In this document: one piece after another, positions 39,083-52,556 of the stretch
How the letters are laid out: the number at the start of each line of letters is the position of its first letter
Numbering within the stretch: position 1 is the first letter of the stretch
Source of the DNA: Raja brachyura
Lineage: Eukaryota
DNA length: 64,000 bases
Assembly: GCA_963514005.1 (NCBI GenBank)
Contig: OY740789.1
Location: 59,706,001 to 59,770,000, forward strand
Reading direction: 5' to 3'
Notes under the pieces: generated by a model
What the model saw: only the letters and a program-made list of their open reading frames with translations
Told to the model about the DNA's origin: nothing
The model's database searches: none
Program-made: the position numbers and the translations under genes

Positions 39083-39269
39083 TGTTGAGGAGCCTTGAAT
39101 TGCTGACACCAAATTCTGGTTTTCACAATTAATGTCGAGACTGTGCTTTTGTATTGTAACATAATACAGCACAGTAGCAGCACATTTTGTCCAAGCCAAT
39201 GATCATGCCCATCTATTTTAATCCCATTTACCAGCACTTGGTTAAGAGCTTTCAATGCAGTAATGGTTC

Positions 39270-39750
39270 AGGTACTCATGTATATGATTAAATGGTGCAA
39301 GAGTACTGGTTCCCCCCCCTCTCCCTCACAGGCAATAGCTCCAGACGGCAACCGTCCTCCAGAAGGAAGCCTTCTTCACAGATCGCCTTCCAAGCATTGT
39401 ATCCTTGCCCTAACTCTAGAATCTCTAGTTTTAAATTATTTTACTATGGGGTGGGGGGGGGGGGGGGGGGGGGGGGGAAATGCCCCACTAACTACACTAC
39501 CTATGCCATTCCTATTGGGCAGGTCACCCCTCTGTCTCCTCTGCTCCCAGGTAAACAAATCCAGCCTATGCAGTCTCTCCTCATCACTGAAGCCCTTCAT
39601 CCAAAGGCAACATCCTGGCGTATCTCTGAACCCACTCCAGGGCAGTCACATCATTCCAGAGTGAGAACCAGAACTATAAACTGAACTCCAAATGTGGCCA
39701 AACCAATGTTTTGTAAAGATCGCATCAAAGCCTCCCTGCTATGTCCTCCC
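39270..39750 (-). mobile_element. CR1 LINE fragment with internal G run
   Basis: Reverse of LVWPHLEF..QFWS and ERLHRLDLF motifs; poly-G at ~39453-39477. Confidence 0.65.
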
Positions 39751-40476
39751 TATTCTATGCTTTAGACTTTAGAGGGACAGGCCCTTCGACCTACCGAGTC
39801 ACTGCGACCGGTGATCACACCATGCACTAAATTTTCTTCTTCAGAAGAAACTTTAATAACATACAGTGAATTAGTGTTAAGAAGTAGTACACTTTGCATT
39901 TCTTTCTGGATGAAAATTGCATTTCGCACAGTAATATCTCCTTTGAATGAATATCCACATGTGAAAATGCTGCATTTTTGTTCTGAAAGCAACGGTGCAA
40001 ATTTGTTGACCATTAAAGGTGGAATGAACCATTCCAATCTGTACACATGTCACCATGACTAGGCTATTATATTTTGTTCCTGGATAGTGAGTGGTTTTAA
40101 TCAGTTAAATGTTCCCCATAACAGTAAGCATGTGAAGGCTTTGGAGAAGGTATAGAAGAGGTTTATCAAAATCAAGCCTGGATTAGAGATATTAGCTATC
40201 AGGAGAGCAGGATAAACTTGGATAGTTTTATCTAGAATACAGGAAGTTGAAGGGATACCTAATAAAAGTATATAAAATGATGAGAAGCATAGAAGAAGTA
40301 GGGTAGACAGTCAGACTGGAGGACATAGCTTTAAGGTCAGAGGGGAAAGTTTAAAGGAGATGTGTGGGTTCATTTTTTTAATTTTTCTTTGGACAGAGTA
40401 GTGAATGCCTGGAGCATGCTGCCAGGAGTGGTGATGGAAGCAGATACGACAGGCTTGAGAGGCTTTTAGGAATAGG

Positions 40477-41520
40477 AATACTTTATTGTCGCATGTGGCT
40501 GGGCACAGTGAGATTCTTTGCTTGCATCCACAACTTTATACAAAAGCAGCCACCTACGGCGCTGACAAAGTTACGAAGCACGCCGGCTCTTTCCTTTTGT
40601 CGTCCATTATTCCCTGCCCTCCTCACTCACAGCGGTCCACCCACGCCGGGTCCTCTATTGTTCTTCCCCTTCCTCCCTCACGGTGGTCTTCCACACTCAA
40701 GGCCGTCTTAACGCATGGACACACTGGTCAGTTGCCTGGGGTCCCACCAGCATAGGGGCCCCATGCTGATCTATGAATGTTGTGACTTGCTATCAATAAA
40801 TAAATACTGGATTGCAAGCACGGGTTCATCAACTGAATGAGTTTGTCATCTATGTCCCCTGTGCTGGACACAGCCTGAACATGATGGGTGTAAAAGCAGC
40901 AGAGTGTTGTTTACAGACTGTAAAATTCTTTGACTTTGTTCAATGTCTCTATTCCTTTTTCTCTGCTTCTTGAGTCTCTGAAAACCTATCATCAGGAAAT
41001 TAGAGACAAATTTAGCGAATATGAATTGAAAGCCAGGTGTCCAGATTCAGATTATAGCAATGTGAAAAAACAGGAACGAAAGCGAAGTGTGCATCTTACT
41101 AGATATGACGGATCAGAAGAAGAGGATCAAAATAATTTCGGACAACTTGAAATCTATGTTTCCCAATGTTGAAATTGTACTCAGAGTGTTCATGTGCATG
41201 ATGGCGACCAACTGTGCAGGAGAATGTTCATTTTCAAGACTGAAACATAAAAAAAAATCAGCTTTGCAGCACAATGGGGCAGCAGCGTTTGAACTGGCTT
41301 TAATTTTATTGACCATTTACATTTTTATTCCTGTGAGTGGTTGTGTGGGTAGGGGCCCCAATGCGCTGCTTTGCCCGGGGGCCTATAATGCTGTTAAGAC
41401 AGACCTGTTCGCGCTCTCTACGATCCTCGACTGCGGGTCGACTCACGAGGCTTTGCCGCCGCACGAGGCTTCACCACCGCCGAGGCCTCATCGTCGCGAA
41501 GCTTCACCGCTGCCGCCATT
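40477..41520 (-). mobile_element. GC-rich non-autonomous retroelement inserted in CR1
   Basis: Reverse tail tactttattgtcgcatgtggctgggcacagtgag at the left; minus-strand start aatggcggc at the right. Confidence 0.6.
40698..41407 (+). mobile_element. Internally deleted hAT DNA transposon
   Basis: 15-bp TIRs caaggccgtcttaac / gttaagacagacctg. Transposase remnants YVPCAGHSLNMMG and FPNVEIVLRVFMCMMATNCAGECSFSRLK (hAT dimerisation domain). Decayed 8-bp TSD tccacact / ttcgcgct. Confidence 0.85.
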
Positions 41521-42199
41521 TTTTAGATAGGCACACGGATATGAAATGAATGAATGGAAGGATATGGATCATGTGCAGGCAGAGGAGATTAACTTGGCAT
41601 CATGTTTGGCACAGACATCGTGGGCTGAAGGGCCTATTCTTGTGCTGTGTTGTTCTATGTTTAAGTGTGTCTGTTTTTCTACTCTGTCCAATTTGAATTT
41701 GCAGCTTCATGTTAGGTAGGTGGTAATAATGATAATAGGAACAAAGAATGCTTTTAACTAAAAGATTTGCTCGTCAAAGTAATCAATTTTGCTTTAACAT
41801 GATAATTAAGCAACTATGTTATGTTGAGGAAGATTTTTAATGATAGAAATTGCAAATGTTTTCGCGTAGTTAGAGTAACTGTGCCGATCTTGTGGACCCA
41901 GCCTTCTATCTAGAATCACTGCCTATAATATATGTTAGATATCCAACCTTGCCGGGGACCAATGCAGGGTGCTGATTTTGCAAGTGGTGACGTGAAGATG
42001 GTAGCTTGGCCTTGGGTAGGTTGTCGAGACCCAACATCCTACTACTCGATTGCAGAATAATTCTCTGAACTGTCATCAATGTGGAAATCTGCGACTCCCA
42101 TCCATGGAGCTAGTGGTTCTCTTTGGGACTGCTGACCGTAGCCAACAGGATTTGGCCAAATACACTAGAGCCGATATATTGAAGGTAGTCTAATGTACA

Positions 42200-43050
42200 G
42201 ATCCAAAGTCATATCCACTACAGGCCAATTACAGAAAGATTTTGGGGAGATTGTAGATTTCTTTGCAAAGAACCATTTTCTACATCTTCACGATCCTCCG
42301 AGATTAAATGCGTTTACATCGAAATGTACCTCAGCAAGACAATGGTCAGGATTAGAATGTGATCTCTTGCAGGTAGATTACTGGGTGTCTTGAAGGAGAA
42401 GAAATACTGGGGACAGCAAGATAGTATGTTTGCCCTCGGGGTTAATGTTTCGACATGAGGTCATTTTTTCTTATCTACATAAAGCCATATTACTGCTCAA
42501 GAGGTGAGGCAGCATCTACATGGGACCCTCACATCCACTGCAGCAAGGGGCTCCGTCCTCCACAAGGTATACATGGGATGGGTACTCCTTGACACTGACC
42601 AGTTTTGGGGAAGGGAAGAAAATAATGGTTGGTGTATCAGTTACATCTCCCAGCTCTGACCACACAGCAGGAAGGATGACTGCTAAAGAATGAAACCCAT
42701 ATGGTTTGCTTTCTGAATTGAAGAGAGTGAGGAGGTAGTGCAAGGAAAACCCCAGGAAGAAAAATTGAAATTTTCAACGGAATGCTGAAGAGACCATTAA
42801 AGATTTACCTGAAGCTAATGACTGGTATGAACCACATCAGACGCAACTTGGCAAAATTAAGCACTAGATGAAAATTCTACATCGATAGTACCTCTTTCGT
42901 CAGAAGCAATTTCCCAAAGTAAATACCTAATTTTTCTGTCAATTTATCCAAACGGAACACAGGGTACCAATCAGGAAAATATCACTTCCACTGGCAGTGT
43001 CCACACATGATGGTAACTATTATCACCTGGCAGCTTGGAACACAAACCGA
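42200..43050 (-). mobile_element. Old RTE-like LINE remnant
   Basis: Weak minus-strand similarity to YLG.LL...TID.E and AV..P.L motifs. Confidence 0.35.
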
Positions 43051-43579
43051 GACAATGAGCTGTAAAGGTCACACCAAGATTTACATTTAAACCACAAACA
43101 GTATGGATATTATTGTTTTAATATTATTTTCTGTAAGATTCAAAGAAATCAATAGAATGCTTTAACATTACCCAAGGTGAAGATGCAGCAACATATGTGA
43201 AATTAGGACTGATTGTTCACTAATTTAATGTACAATTACTTCTCTTTGGAATTAAAATAATGCATCTAATTTATTATATATTTAATCTTCTACCAGAAAT
43301 ATTGTTCCCAAAATGCTTCTGAAAGTATTCCAGCATTTAAAAAATATTTTAAACTTGTTTTCTTCTTCAAAGAAGAGGTCAGGAGTTGTAATCTGGATTA
43401 TTCCTGTCACTGCTGGGAAACAGAGTGATCGATGGTCGATGTAGATTAATTTGTTGGAATTGTGAATCAATAATTGATCTTGAATACAGATCTTTTAGGA
43501 GCAAAATCACTGTATTTGGTGGGTCAAAGATACAGCATGGAAAGATCAATACTGCAACTTTCCATCAATCAAAAATACT

Positions 43580-43716
43580 TGTGTTAAAGAAGGAACTGCA
43601 GATGCTGGAAAATCGAGGGTACACAAAAAAAAAGATGGAGAAACTCAGCGGGTGCAGCAGCATCTAAGGAGCGAAGGAGATAGGTGACGTTTCGGGTCGA
43701 GACCCTTCTTCAGACT
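43580..43716 (-). mobile_element. Solo PLE end (same subfamily as the 30666-31109 element)
   Basis: Near-identical to the left arm of the 30.7 kb palindrome; stops just beyond the hammerhead. Confidence 0.85.
43686..43713 (-). ncRNA. Minimal hammerhead ribozyme motif
   Basis: Reverse complement ctgaagaagggtctcgacccgaaacgtc, intact. Confidence 0.75.
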
Positions 43717-43767
43717 CAGAATCATCATCAGTGCTCCCAAAATCACTCTATTCGAAATGAATTAAAT

Positions 43768-43892
43768 TCTAAATTGTAAATTGTCCCTAGTGTGTAGTAG
43801 AGTGCCAGTGTACGGGGATTACTGACCAGAGTGGTCTCGGTGGGCCGAAGGGCCTGTTTTTGTGCTGTATCTCTAAACCAAATTAAACTAAA
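43768..43892 (+). mobile_element. HE1 SINE 3' half
   Basis: aattgtccctagtgtgtag...gggccgaagggcctg...tgtatctctaaac. Confidence 0.75.
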
Positions 43893-44829
43893 GCACAACT
43901 TCATTGGTTAGCTGTTGAATGGATACTGCAACTAAGCCAATTATAATTAGTTGCCTTCCCTTGCTGCAGATGAAACAACACACAAATTACCCACAAGAAG
44001 CAGTCAAAGCAGCCCAATAGGTTGAATTATCTTGTTCAAGTTGCTAGAGGTATGAGATGCAGATATGCAGCAGTGGTGATTTGATTGAAATCGGTATGGA
44101 AAATGAAATTCCTTGAGCTATGGCAGTATCTTCTTAAATTCTGTTGCCAAATATATGAACTGCATTTTCAACCAGTCGTCATTGCTAGCCTTCCTTTTCA
44201 AGCCTGGTTCTGCAGAGAGAATGTCACTGGTTGTTTCTCCGCAATGTCCCACACACCAGTTTAGACCAACTGGACAGAATTAATCAAGCATTAAATTGAT
44301 TGCATGTTCTTTAATCGGATGGCAAAATAAAATTAGTCTGGTTTATTGGAGTACAAATCTCTAAGCATGTAGTGAAACACAAGTGTTTTAATCTACAAAC
44401 TATATTAGATATTGTACATTTTTGGATGTTGAGCTAGGTGCTACTGCCATGAAAATCAATTTTTTTCTCATAAAACCTTAACCCTTTTGAATGAAATCTG
44501 TTGAAATTTTATTTTTTCAACCATTTCCACATGGTTCATTCAAATGATGTCCACTTCAACTAAATCATACCTAAAAAGGAAAAATATCTTTTGGAATGGC
44601 CAGTATCAATAAACTATGAAGTGCACTCTCTTTTACTGTAGGACATTTAAACTACTTTAGGAACCAATAAATTCTTCATTTTACATCATTATATTTTGGA
44701 TGTTATTTGGGTTTTTTTCAATACCTCATCTTTCTTCCTTTGTCTATTCTTTGTATTTTTTTGTCTTGGTTCAGTTAGTTCTCGTGATTTTTTTTGTCTT
44801 TTATTGCCGCTTAGATTTCAGTTCAGTCC

Positions 44830-45045
44830 TGATAACTCCCAGCTAACAATAATCTATTCTACATTCTCCTTGAGCTCTATCACCTTTGTCCTATTTTCAC
44901 ACCCTACACTTCCTTATCTAGGTATCTCCCTCTCCCCTGACATCAGTCTGAAGAAGGGTCTCGACCCAAAACATCATCCATTCCTTCTCTCCAGAGATGC
45001 TGCTTGTCCCGCTGAGTTACTCCAGCATTTTTTGTCAATCGTTGG
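44830..45045 (+). mobile_element. PLE 3'/pLTR fragment with decayed hammerhead
   Basis: cagtctgaagaagggtctcgacccaaaacatc at ~44944-44975. Confidence 0.75.
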
Positions 45046-45979
45046 CTTTTATTAGGGTCTCTTTAAGCACCCAAGAAAATAATGTATTTGTCCTATCTTT
45101 CCTTCAGCCTTGTGACAATCAATATCATGCTTTTCCTTTTGGATATATTCTGCTCCTTTCCCATTCATGTGTAATGTTCTCCTTTCCAAAATCAACTTGT
45201 TAGTCCGAATGTATTACACAATACTTTAGAACATATTCTAACACTTTAAAGTACATTTACACTCTATTGGGATATTGATTTTCTATGAAATTGTATGTCT
45301 TTCACTTTCCTTTGTTTAGTGTATTATTGATCACGAATACTGAGCTAGAGTAAACAGCATTTTGTTACGATATCCAGTCAGCGAAAAGACTATACATGAT
45401 AACAATTAATATCAACAGGTTTTCAATTAATCTTCTGGTTTAAGTAATATCTTGTTTTTAATTTTTTTAATTTCTGTGATGTTGTATCTCTTTTTGTGTC
45501 ATCCTAAATCGGACCTTTGAATGCCCTCAAAGTAACAGCTAACCCCTGCAACTGTATTACCAGTGAGCAAATGAGTCACCAGTCCAGAGATCTTAAGAGA
45601 AGAATAATGCGTTAGTTTAATTAATTAACTCTTAAGATTAATTAGTTTGCTTTTTTTTCCCTTTGGTATGCTAAGTATGAAGAAGCCAATGAAGAAGAGA
45701 TCTTGTAGAAGGAGCACAGAGGGAAAGTTGGTTAAAACGTGTCCTGGAGGTGTGGAGAAAATTATATTTAGTCACGTAAATTAGTCGGCAATAACAGATG
45801 ATTCTTACTGGTATACCCTCAAGTCTTGCCTCTTGCTCATTATCGACTGTTGTTCAATAAGCTGCTGCCTCCTAGCATCATACATCCACACAATTTCTGT
45901 ACTCATGTTCTGCTAACTCTGGAACAAAAGCTCTGCATTGTCTTCAAATGCAGTAGTATATGCACCAAGTGAACTGAGT

Positions 45980-46283
45980 AGCACAGTGCTAATGCTGGGA
46001 CGCAGCAAGCAGAGCTGCTGCCTCAGAGCTCCAGCTGCCTGGGTTCATCACCAACCTCAGGTGCGAATCTGTGTGAATTTTGTATAATCTCCCTGGTGTC
46101 CTCCCAAAAATGCAGGGGTTGGTTTGTTAATCGGCCGTGGTAAATTGCCCCGATTGTGTCACTGTTTGTTGGAATCTTGGGGTGGGTAAAAATTATGACA
46201 AGGTGAGTAAGTGAGGGGTTAATTTTAAAAAGGATGGTTTATGGTTGGAGTAGACTCGATGGGCTCCATCAGCACTGTATCTC
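45980..46283 (+). mobile_element. Older V-SINE copy
   Basis: Degenerate head (gagctgctgcctcagagctccag), V-domain remnant and tail. Confidence 0.6.
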
Positions 46284-47054
46284 TTCATAGCTCTCTCCGA
46301 GTCTATGAACAGTGAATTTGAAAGAGCAAACCAATTATTGTAAATATGGGAAGTACAAGATTCTGGGGACACCTCTGTGCTATCAGAACTAAGGCAGTGC
46401 AAACCTGTTCCCTGCCTCAAGGTCATGGTGCTACCTGATTGGGTTAGAAGATGATGAGTGTGTGCAAATGAGAGCATGTGTGTGCGTGTGTGAGAGTGTG
46501 TGGGGAGGTAGTGTGGTAAAAATATATCCAGAGAGAGAGTCTAAATTAATGGTAACAGGTTACAGAGAACATTGAAACAGCTAAGGGAACATCACCTGCC
46601 TGATGAATGCTAGAGCCAAATGTGGCAGCAGCTTTTAAAGCTCACTTAAAGCACTGCAGGAAGCAACCAAGTACAAGAGTGGCAGTCAGGTCTCAGAAGC
46701 AAACAACAAATCCAAGGGGTTGTCATATTTCCATCTGATGGGGTGATTGAACATTCTGTGATGAAAGTAGCCAGGCTTGTTATTACATATTACTGTCCCT
46801 AACCCTCACCTTTTCTCTTTGATATTGGGTAAAAAGCTTGAGTACAACCCTCAACACCTTCTGACAGTGCTACGATCAAAAGAGACTGCTAGATTTTGTT
46901 GCAATAGTGGACTGAGAAGTACACAACATTTTTACATGACTCCCAGAGACAGATGATGAAATGCAAATTTACCAGCATTGCTCTCGACCCAAGAACAAAT
47001 AATCTCAAAATTACTAATCACAGTGTTGGCAGTTGTTGGTACTATATTGAAAAT

Positions 47055-48483
47055 ACATAGAGTCATAGAGTGTGAAAACAGCCCTTTGGCCCAACTTGCC
47101 CACACCGACCATCATCTCCCAGCTGCATTAGTCCTACCTGCCTGTGCTTAGTCCATATCCCTCCAAACCTGTCCTATCCATGTACCTGTTTCTTAAACAT
47201 TGGGATGTTCCAAGCCTCAACTACACCCTCTGGCAGCTTGTTCCATACACCCACCACCCATTGTGTGAAAACATTACCCCTTAGATTCCTATTCCTATCT
47301 TTTCCCCTTCACCTTGAACCTATGTCCTCTGGTCCTCGATTCCCCTACTCTGGGCAAGAGACTGTGCATCTACCCGATCTAGTCCTCTCATGATTTTATA
47401 CACCTCTATCAGAACGCCCCTCATCCTCCTGTGCTCCAAGGAATATAGACCCCGCCTACTCAACCTCTCCCTATAGCTCACACGCTCTAGTCCTGGCAAC
47501 ATCCTCGTAAATCTTTGCTGAGCCCTTTCAAGCTTGACAATATATTTCCTATAACATTGTGGCCAGAACTGAACACAATATTCTAAATGTGGTCTTGCCA
47601 ACACCTTATATAACTGCATCATGACCTCCCAACTTATATATTCAATACTCTGACTGATGAAGGCCAATGTCCAATAGCCGTTTTGACCAGCTTATCTACC
47701 TGCGACTCGACTTTCAAGGAACCACGCACCCGCACTCCTAGATCCTTCTGCTGTACAATGCTACCCAGAGGCCTATCATTTACTGTGTAGGTCCTGCCCT
47801 TGTTAGATGTCCCAAAATGCAGCACCTCACACTTCTCTGTATTAAATTCCATCAACCATTTCTTACACAACCATCTTCACTATCTGCAAAACCACTAACT
47901 TTTGTATCATCAGCAAACTTGCTAATCTTGCCATGTATGTTCTCATCCAAATCATTGATGTAGATGACCATCAGTAACAGGCTCAGCACCAAACCCTGAG
48001 GCACACCACTAGTCACAGGCCTCCGGTCCGAGAAGCAACCTTCCACCATCACCCTCTACTTCCGTCTATGGAGCGAATTTGCTATCCATTCAGCTATCTC
48101 TCCTTGGATTCGATGCGATCTAACCTTCCAGAGTGGCCTACCTTGTCAAATGCCTTACTGAGATCCATGTATACAACATCTACAGCTCTGCCCTCATCGG
48201 CCTTTTTGATCACGTCTTCAAAAAAATCAGATTTGTGAGACACGACCTCCCATGTACAAAACCATGCTGATTGTCCCTAATCAGCCCCTGCCCATCCAAA
48301 TGCCTGTATAACCTATCCCTCAGAACACTCTCTAGGAAGTTTCTGACTACAAATGTTAAGCTCATCGACCTATAGTTCCCAGCATTTTCCCTGCAGCCCT
48401 TCTTGAAAAGAGGCACAACATTTGCCACCCTCCAGTCTTCCGGCACCTCTCCTGTTTTGAAGGATGATTTATAAATTTCAACC
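47055..48483 (-). mobile_element. CR1 (HER1-like) LINE, 5'-truncated, with RT
   Basis: VPEDWRVANVVPLFKKG, QHGFVHGRSCLTNL, VTSGVPQG, ISKFADDTK and LARPHLEYCVQFW motifs. Confidence 0.92.
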
Positions 48484-48994
48484 AAATTACTTATGAATTT
48501 GCAATTTTGTTCAGGGTATTAGTGAATATTCATCTGCGAAATAACTTTACATGTTTTCATTTTTCCAACAGAGCCAACTTACGGGACGGTCAGTCCAACA
48601 CTATGCAAGAGGTTGATAAACTGCACCTTAACAGAGAAGGATTGCCCGTATGGCTTTGTGCAAGATCAGAAGGGATGCTTGATGTGCCAGTGTCTACCTA
48701 GTAAGTGATCCAATCATCTTAAAACACCAGAAAATAATAAGTAACTGGTTACTGAAACCACGGCACAGTAAATGATATTTTCTCATAGTTTTTGTAGGCT
48801 TAGACTGATTATTTCCCTGGAAAAACTCCAGATAAATGCTGGGGAATTTTCCTGGCCAATTGTTCTACAACTCCCTATTTATATTGGTGTGAACCCATTG
48901 GTTTGGGCATTATTCACCAACATTGGTATGTGCTGTGCACCCAAGTCTAAATGTACGTAAGTATAATTAACGACAAATTATGGTGAACTCACCT

Positions 48995-49302
48995 GGGTGG
49001 CACAGTGGCGCTGCTAGGGGAGCTGTGACATCCCAGCACCAGAGACCAGGGTTTGATCCTCCATTTAGGCACTGTTTGTGTGGAGTTTGCACGTTCTCCC
49101 TGTGACCGTGTGGGTTTCTTCTTGGGTGGTGTGGTTTCCTCCCACATCCCAGAGATATGCGGGTTTCTATGTTAGTTGGCCTCTATAAATTTCCCCTAGT
49201 GTGTAGGGACTGTGTAAAACTATTATGTGAATGCATGATTGATGGTTTGCATGGACACGGTGGGCCAAAGGGCCTGTTTCCATGCTGCATCTCTAAACTA
49301 AA
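48995..49302 (+). mobile_element. HE1-type V-SINE
   Basis: V-domain gcacgttctccctgtgaccgtgtgggttt and tail gctgcatctctaaactaaa. Confidence 0.85.
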
Positions 49303-50521
49303 TCCCATGTGGATTTCCCTTCATCCGATACCGAGCAACATTGTTCACACTTGTTGCTGAGTATCCCACAGGAACGCTGAGGGAGTTATAAGGGCCAGTT
49401 CAACTGTGCCTCAGTAGCAGATCAAAGTCAGTCTTTCCCCCTGTGCCTTCAAATAAATGCTCAGCAGTCCATCTGAAACTAAAAGTCACCTCAAACAAGA
49501 AAAATAACCTGTCAAGATTATTCCTCATAGTGAATGCATCCGTTCAACGAAAGTTGTACTGAAGCATTCCCAAGGAGGCATTTTCTTTATTGATAAGAAG
49601 TGAAGCAAGTTAACGAAGGTTATTGATATCTATTGCAGCACCAAGAATTTCCTTGGCTTCTCCAGTGGCTGGAGGAGAAATTTGGCTGTTTATACAACTG
49701 AGAAAGTGGGTGAAAACCCAAGAAAATTCCCTGATTATAGTCCTTGTTATTGTTTGTATGATTGTTTGATCCTTAGAATAGGAATTCCCTGTCTGTGGTG
49801 TTGGAGTGTTTAATGTTTCATAAATGTTTTAGGACATTGAAACAAGTAACAGAATAGAAGTATGAAGTGAAAACTGTAACCCTTCACTCGCCACCTCCTG
49901 CCACATTCATTCCACATAAAGCAGAACGGAATATGCTTCTACTTTTAGGAAAGGGCAGCAGAACAACGATAGCACAGATGGTAAATCTTTCTTGGAAACT
50001 ACAGTTCATAATCTAAGGTTGACGTAAGCTCATTGGTCAGTTGAGAACCTTTGTTACCTCTTTCCAGGAAACATCAGCAGTGTGATCAGTTTCTGCGCTT
50101 GCCTCCAAGTTTCTGTTTGTCTGCCAATTTTTAATATAAGACTTGCCCATTTTGTTAACTGCCTGCATTCCCCAAATGTAATCCTCTGCATCATAGAGAA
50201 TATAGTTCATGGAGGGTGAGGGAATTCTGTGGACAGACTTAACCAGGATTATGCTTAAACTAAATTCGGCATACCAGCCTATTAGCGGACATCTGAGTTT
50301 TCCAACCTTCGTAGAAATTGTGATCCACAAGTTATAACTTTAACAAACAAATAAGTGCAATACTGCTTACATATTCACCGCCCCCTGATCCCCATTCCTC
50401 ACCTACTCCAGTTGACAGCATATTCCTTCTTCCCCCCCCCCCACCTCGCCCCACCACAAACAGTCAAATTAAAGAAAACTTCCCACTTGGTCAAACATAC
50501 ATAAATACTAAACCCTACTGC

Positions 50522-50987
50522 ATCCCTGGGATGGCGGGACTGTCATATGAGGAAAGATTGAAAAGACTAGGCTTGTATTCACTGGAGTTTAGAAGGATGA
50601 GGGGGATCTTATAGAAACATATAAAATTATAAAAGGACTGGACAAGCTAGATGCTTCCCAATGTTGGGCAAATCCAGAACTAGGGGCTACAGTCTTCGAA
50701 TAAAGGGGAGGCTATTTAAGAGGTGAGAAGCAACGTTTTCACCCAGAGAGTTGTGAATTTGTGGAATTCCCTGCCACAAAGGGCAGTGGAGGCCAAGTCA
50801 CTGGATGGATTTAAGAGAGAGTTAGATAGAGCTCTAGCGGCTGGTGGAATCAAGGGATATGGGAAGAAGGCAGGCACAGGTTATTGATTGGGGACAATCA
50901 GCCATGATCGCAATGAATGGTGGTGCTGGCTCGAAGAGCCGAATGGCCTCCTCCTGCACCTATTTTCTAGGTTTCTATGTTTCTATG
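50522..50987 (+). mobile_element. CR1 LINE 3' end (relatively young)
   Basis: PGMAGLSYEERLKRLGLYSLEFRRMRG and FTQRVVNLWNSLP motifs; tail tttctatgtttctatg. Confidence 0.88.
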
Positions 50988-51967
50988 CATCTTCCATTGT
51001 ATCCTTCTTGCATAATACTAGCTCTGAAACACAAAAGAGGGAGCATAAGCAGCTGCAAAATACATATTTACATTTTATTGTGACTAAACACAGGAACAAT
51101 CTTGCCATCTGTCAAGCATATTTAAAAATAAGCTAGTACTGTAACCTTCCTTTGCCAAGCAGTGCATTTCCATGTAGAAAAATCAGTTTTTTTAATCATA
51201 AGTTTGTAAGCTATTAACTTATCTTTATTAGTGAAGTACATTCTTTGGTGTATATGATCCATAATTCGTCTCCTTGTCACATCCACAATTCCCATTGTTC
51301 TGGTCAGAACAACTGCTACTAATTTCCGAGTTCGTAGAAACAAAAGGCTCCACACGCAATGTCTACATTCCAGAAGCCTGGAGTCAATAGCTGGAACAGG
51401 AACATATACAGTAATAAGGTGGAAACAGAAGTTGGTCTGTTTGCTGCTCATTCAGAGAACACTGTTTTATTGCCATGATGCTTCATACTGTTGTCATCTC
51501 TCAGGAGAAGTGGACTCGTGATAAGCAAAATACTTTTCACATGATTTCTTGTGTTCTTTGGTATTAGTGGTTTGAAAAATAACATGCTATTTTACAAATT
51601 AGCTGTAAATAAGCAATTTGATTTGCTGCAACACCAAGTCAATTAATCTACAATGTAGAGTAATAATTTGTGGGTTTGCTTGGGTGATTTGCATTGGCTC
51701 AGCTTTGCCATTAGCTGGAGCTGTTGACCAGGAGCCAAGTGCTTACAATTCATCCAAACCACTTTTGTACACATTTTACAAAGCTTGGCCCAGCAATAGG
51801 CAGCTTGGCCAATTGCCTTTCCAAATGAAGAATGATACAAGAATATTGAATGAGAAGCAAGGATGTAAGCCACACTGTTTTGGTCGACAGAGATGTATTG
51901 TTTTGCATATTAGTACATTTTGTACCAAGTTGTAACCAATAGTAAATAACATAAATATCTCTTCCAG

Positions 51968-52121
51968 AGGAACCGTGTCCAGCTTTGACATCGTATTGCT
52001 CCTTAGATTGCCCCCATGGTTTCCTGACTGATTTAGATGACTGCATCATCTGTGAGTGTCGGCCACAGGCACACAAATGCCGAAAGCTTTCCTGCAATAA
52101 ACATTGTCCTTATGGTTATAT
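51968..52121 (+). CDS. CRIM1: CRIM1-like exon, antistasin-like repeats (CRIM1 exon 9 homologue)
   Basis: Acceptor cttccag| and donor |gtaagt; 154 bp, phase 1-2. Translates (E)EPCPALTSYCSLDCPHGFLTDLDDCIICECRPQAHKCRKLSCNKHCPYGY(M). Confidence 0.92.
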
Positions 52122-52423
52122 GTAAGTACAGCTGGTCAGTGCCAAGTGATTTAATAAGTTGTCTGGCCTTTGCCATTTAGAGTGCAGGAATGGATGGTTC
52201 CTTCTGATAATATAGCCAGGATTCATCACATTCTGAATCGTTTAAACAATCCTTTACTTAGTCAAGAAGCAGAGCACTTTATTAAAAAAACAATAACAAT
52301 TGGGCATTCTGACAATTTGTGCCCAGTTTCCAATGCTGGGTTAATGAAATATAAAGAGACTATTATCACTATTTATGTATCACCAGGTGGCCGCTAATAA
52401 GGTACATGAACAGGTACATAGAT

Positions 52424-52556
52424 TGTTTAAGAAAGAGCTGCAGATGCTGGAAAAATCGAAGGTAGACAAAAGTGCTGGAGAAACTTAGTGGGTGAGGCAG
52501 CATCTATGGAGAGAAGGAATAGGCAACGTTTTGGGTCGAGACCCTTCTTCAGACTG
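52424..52556 (-). mobile_element. Solo PLE end inserted in a CR1 tail
   Basis: gagctgcagatgctgg...aacgttttgggtcgagacccttcttcagactg; the CR1 tail continues at 52561-52680. Confidence 0.8.

Larger units (their letters stand above)
40105..41662 (+). mobile_element. CR1 LINE 3' portion hosting two nested insertions
   Basis: ALEKV.KRF...L.Y motif; splits at ttttag(g)aatagg (~40464-40476) and resumes at ttttagatagg (41521-41531). Confidence 0.75.

Noticed and set aside
39453-39477. Long poly-G runs (also ~11198 and ~18194) as G-quadruplex elements
   Set aside because: Homopolymer expansions inside TE fragments; their lengths may also be sequencing-sensitive.
51618-51935. Cys-containing ORF just upstream of the antistasin exon, considered as the missing exon 8
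   Set aside because: Cysteine spacing does not fit an antistasin repeat, and no donor/acceptor pair was found.
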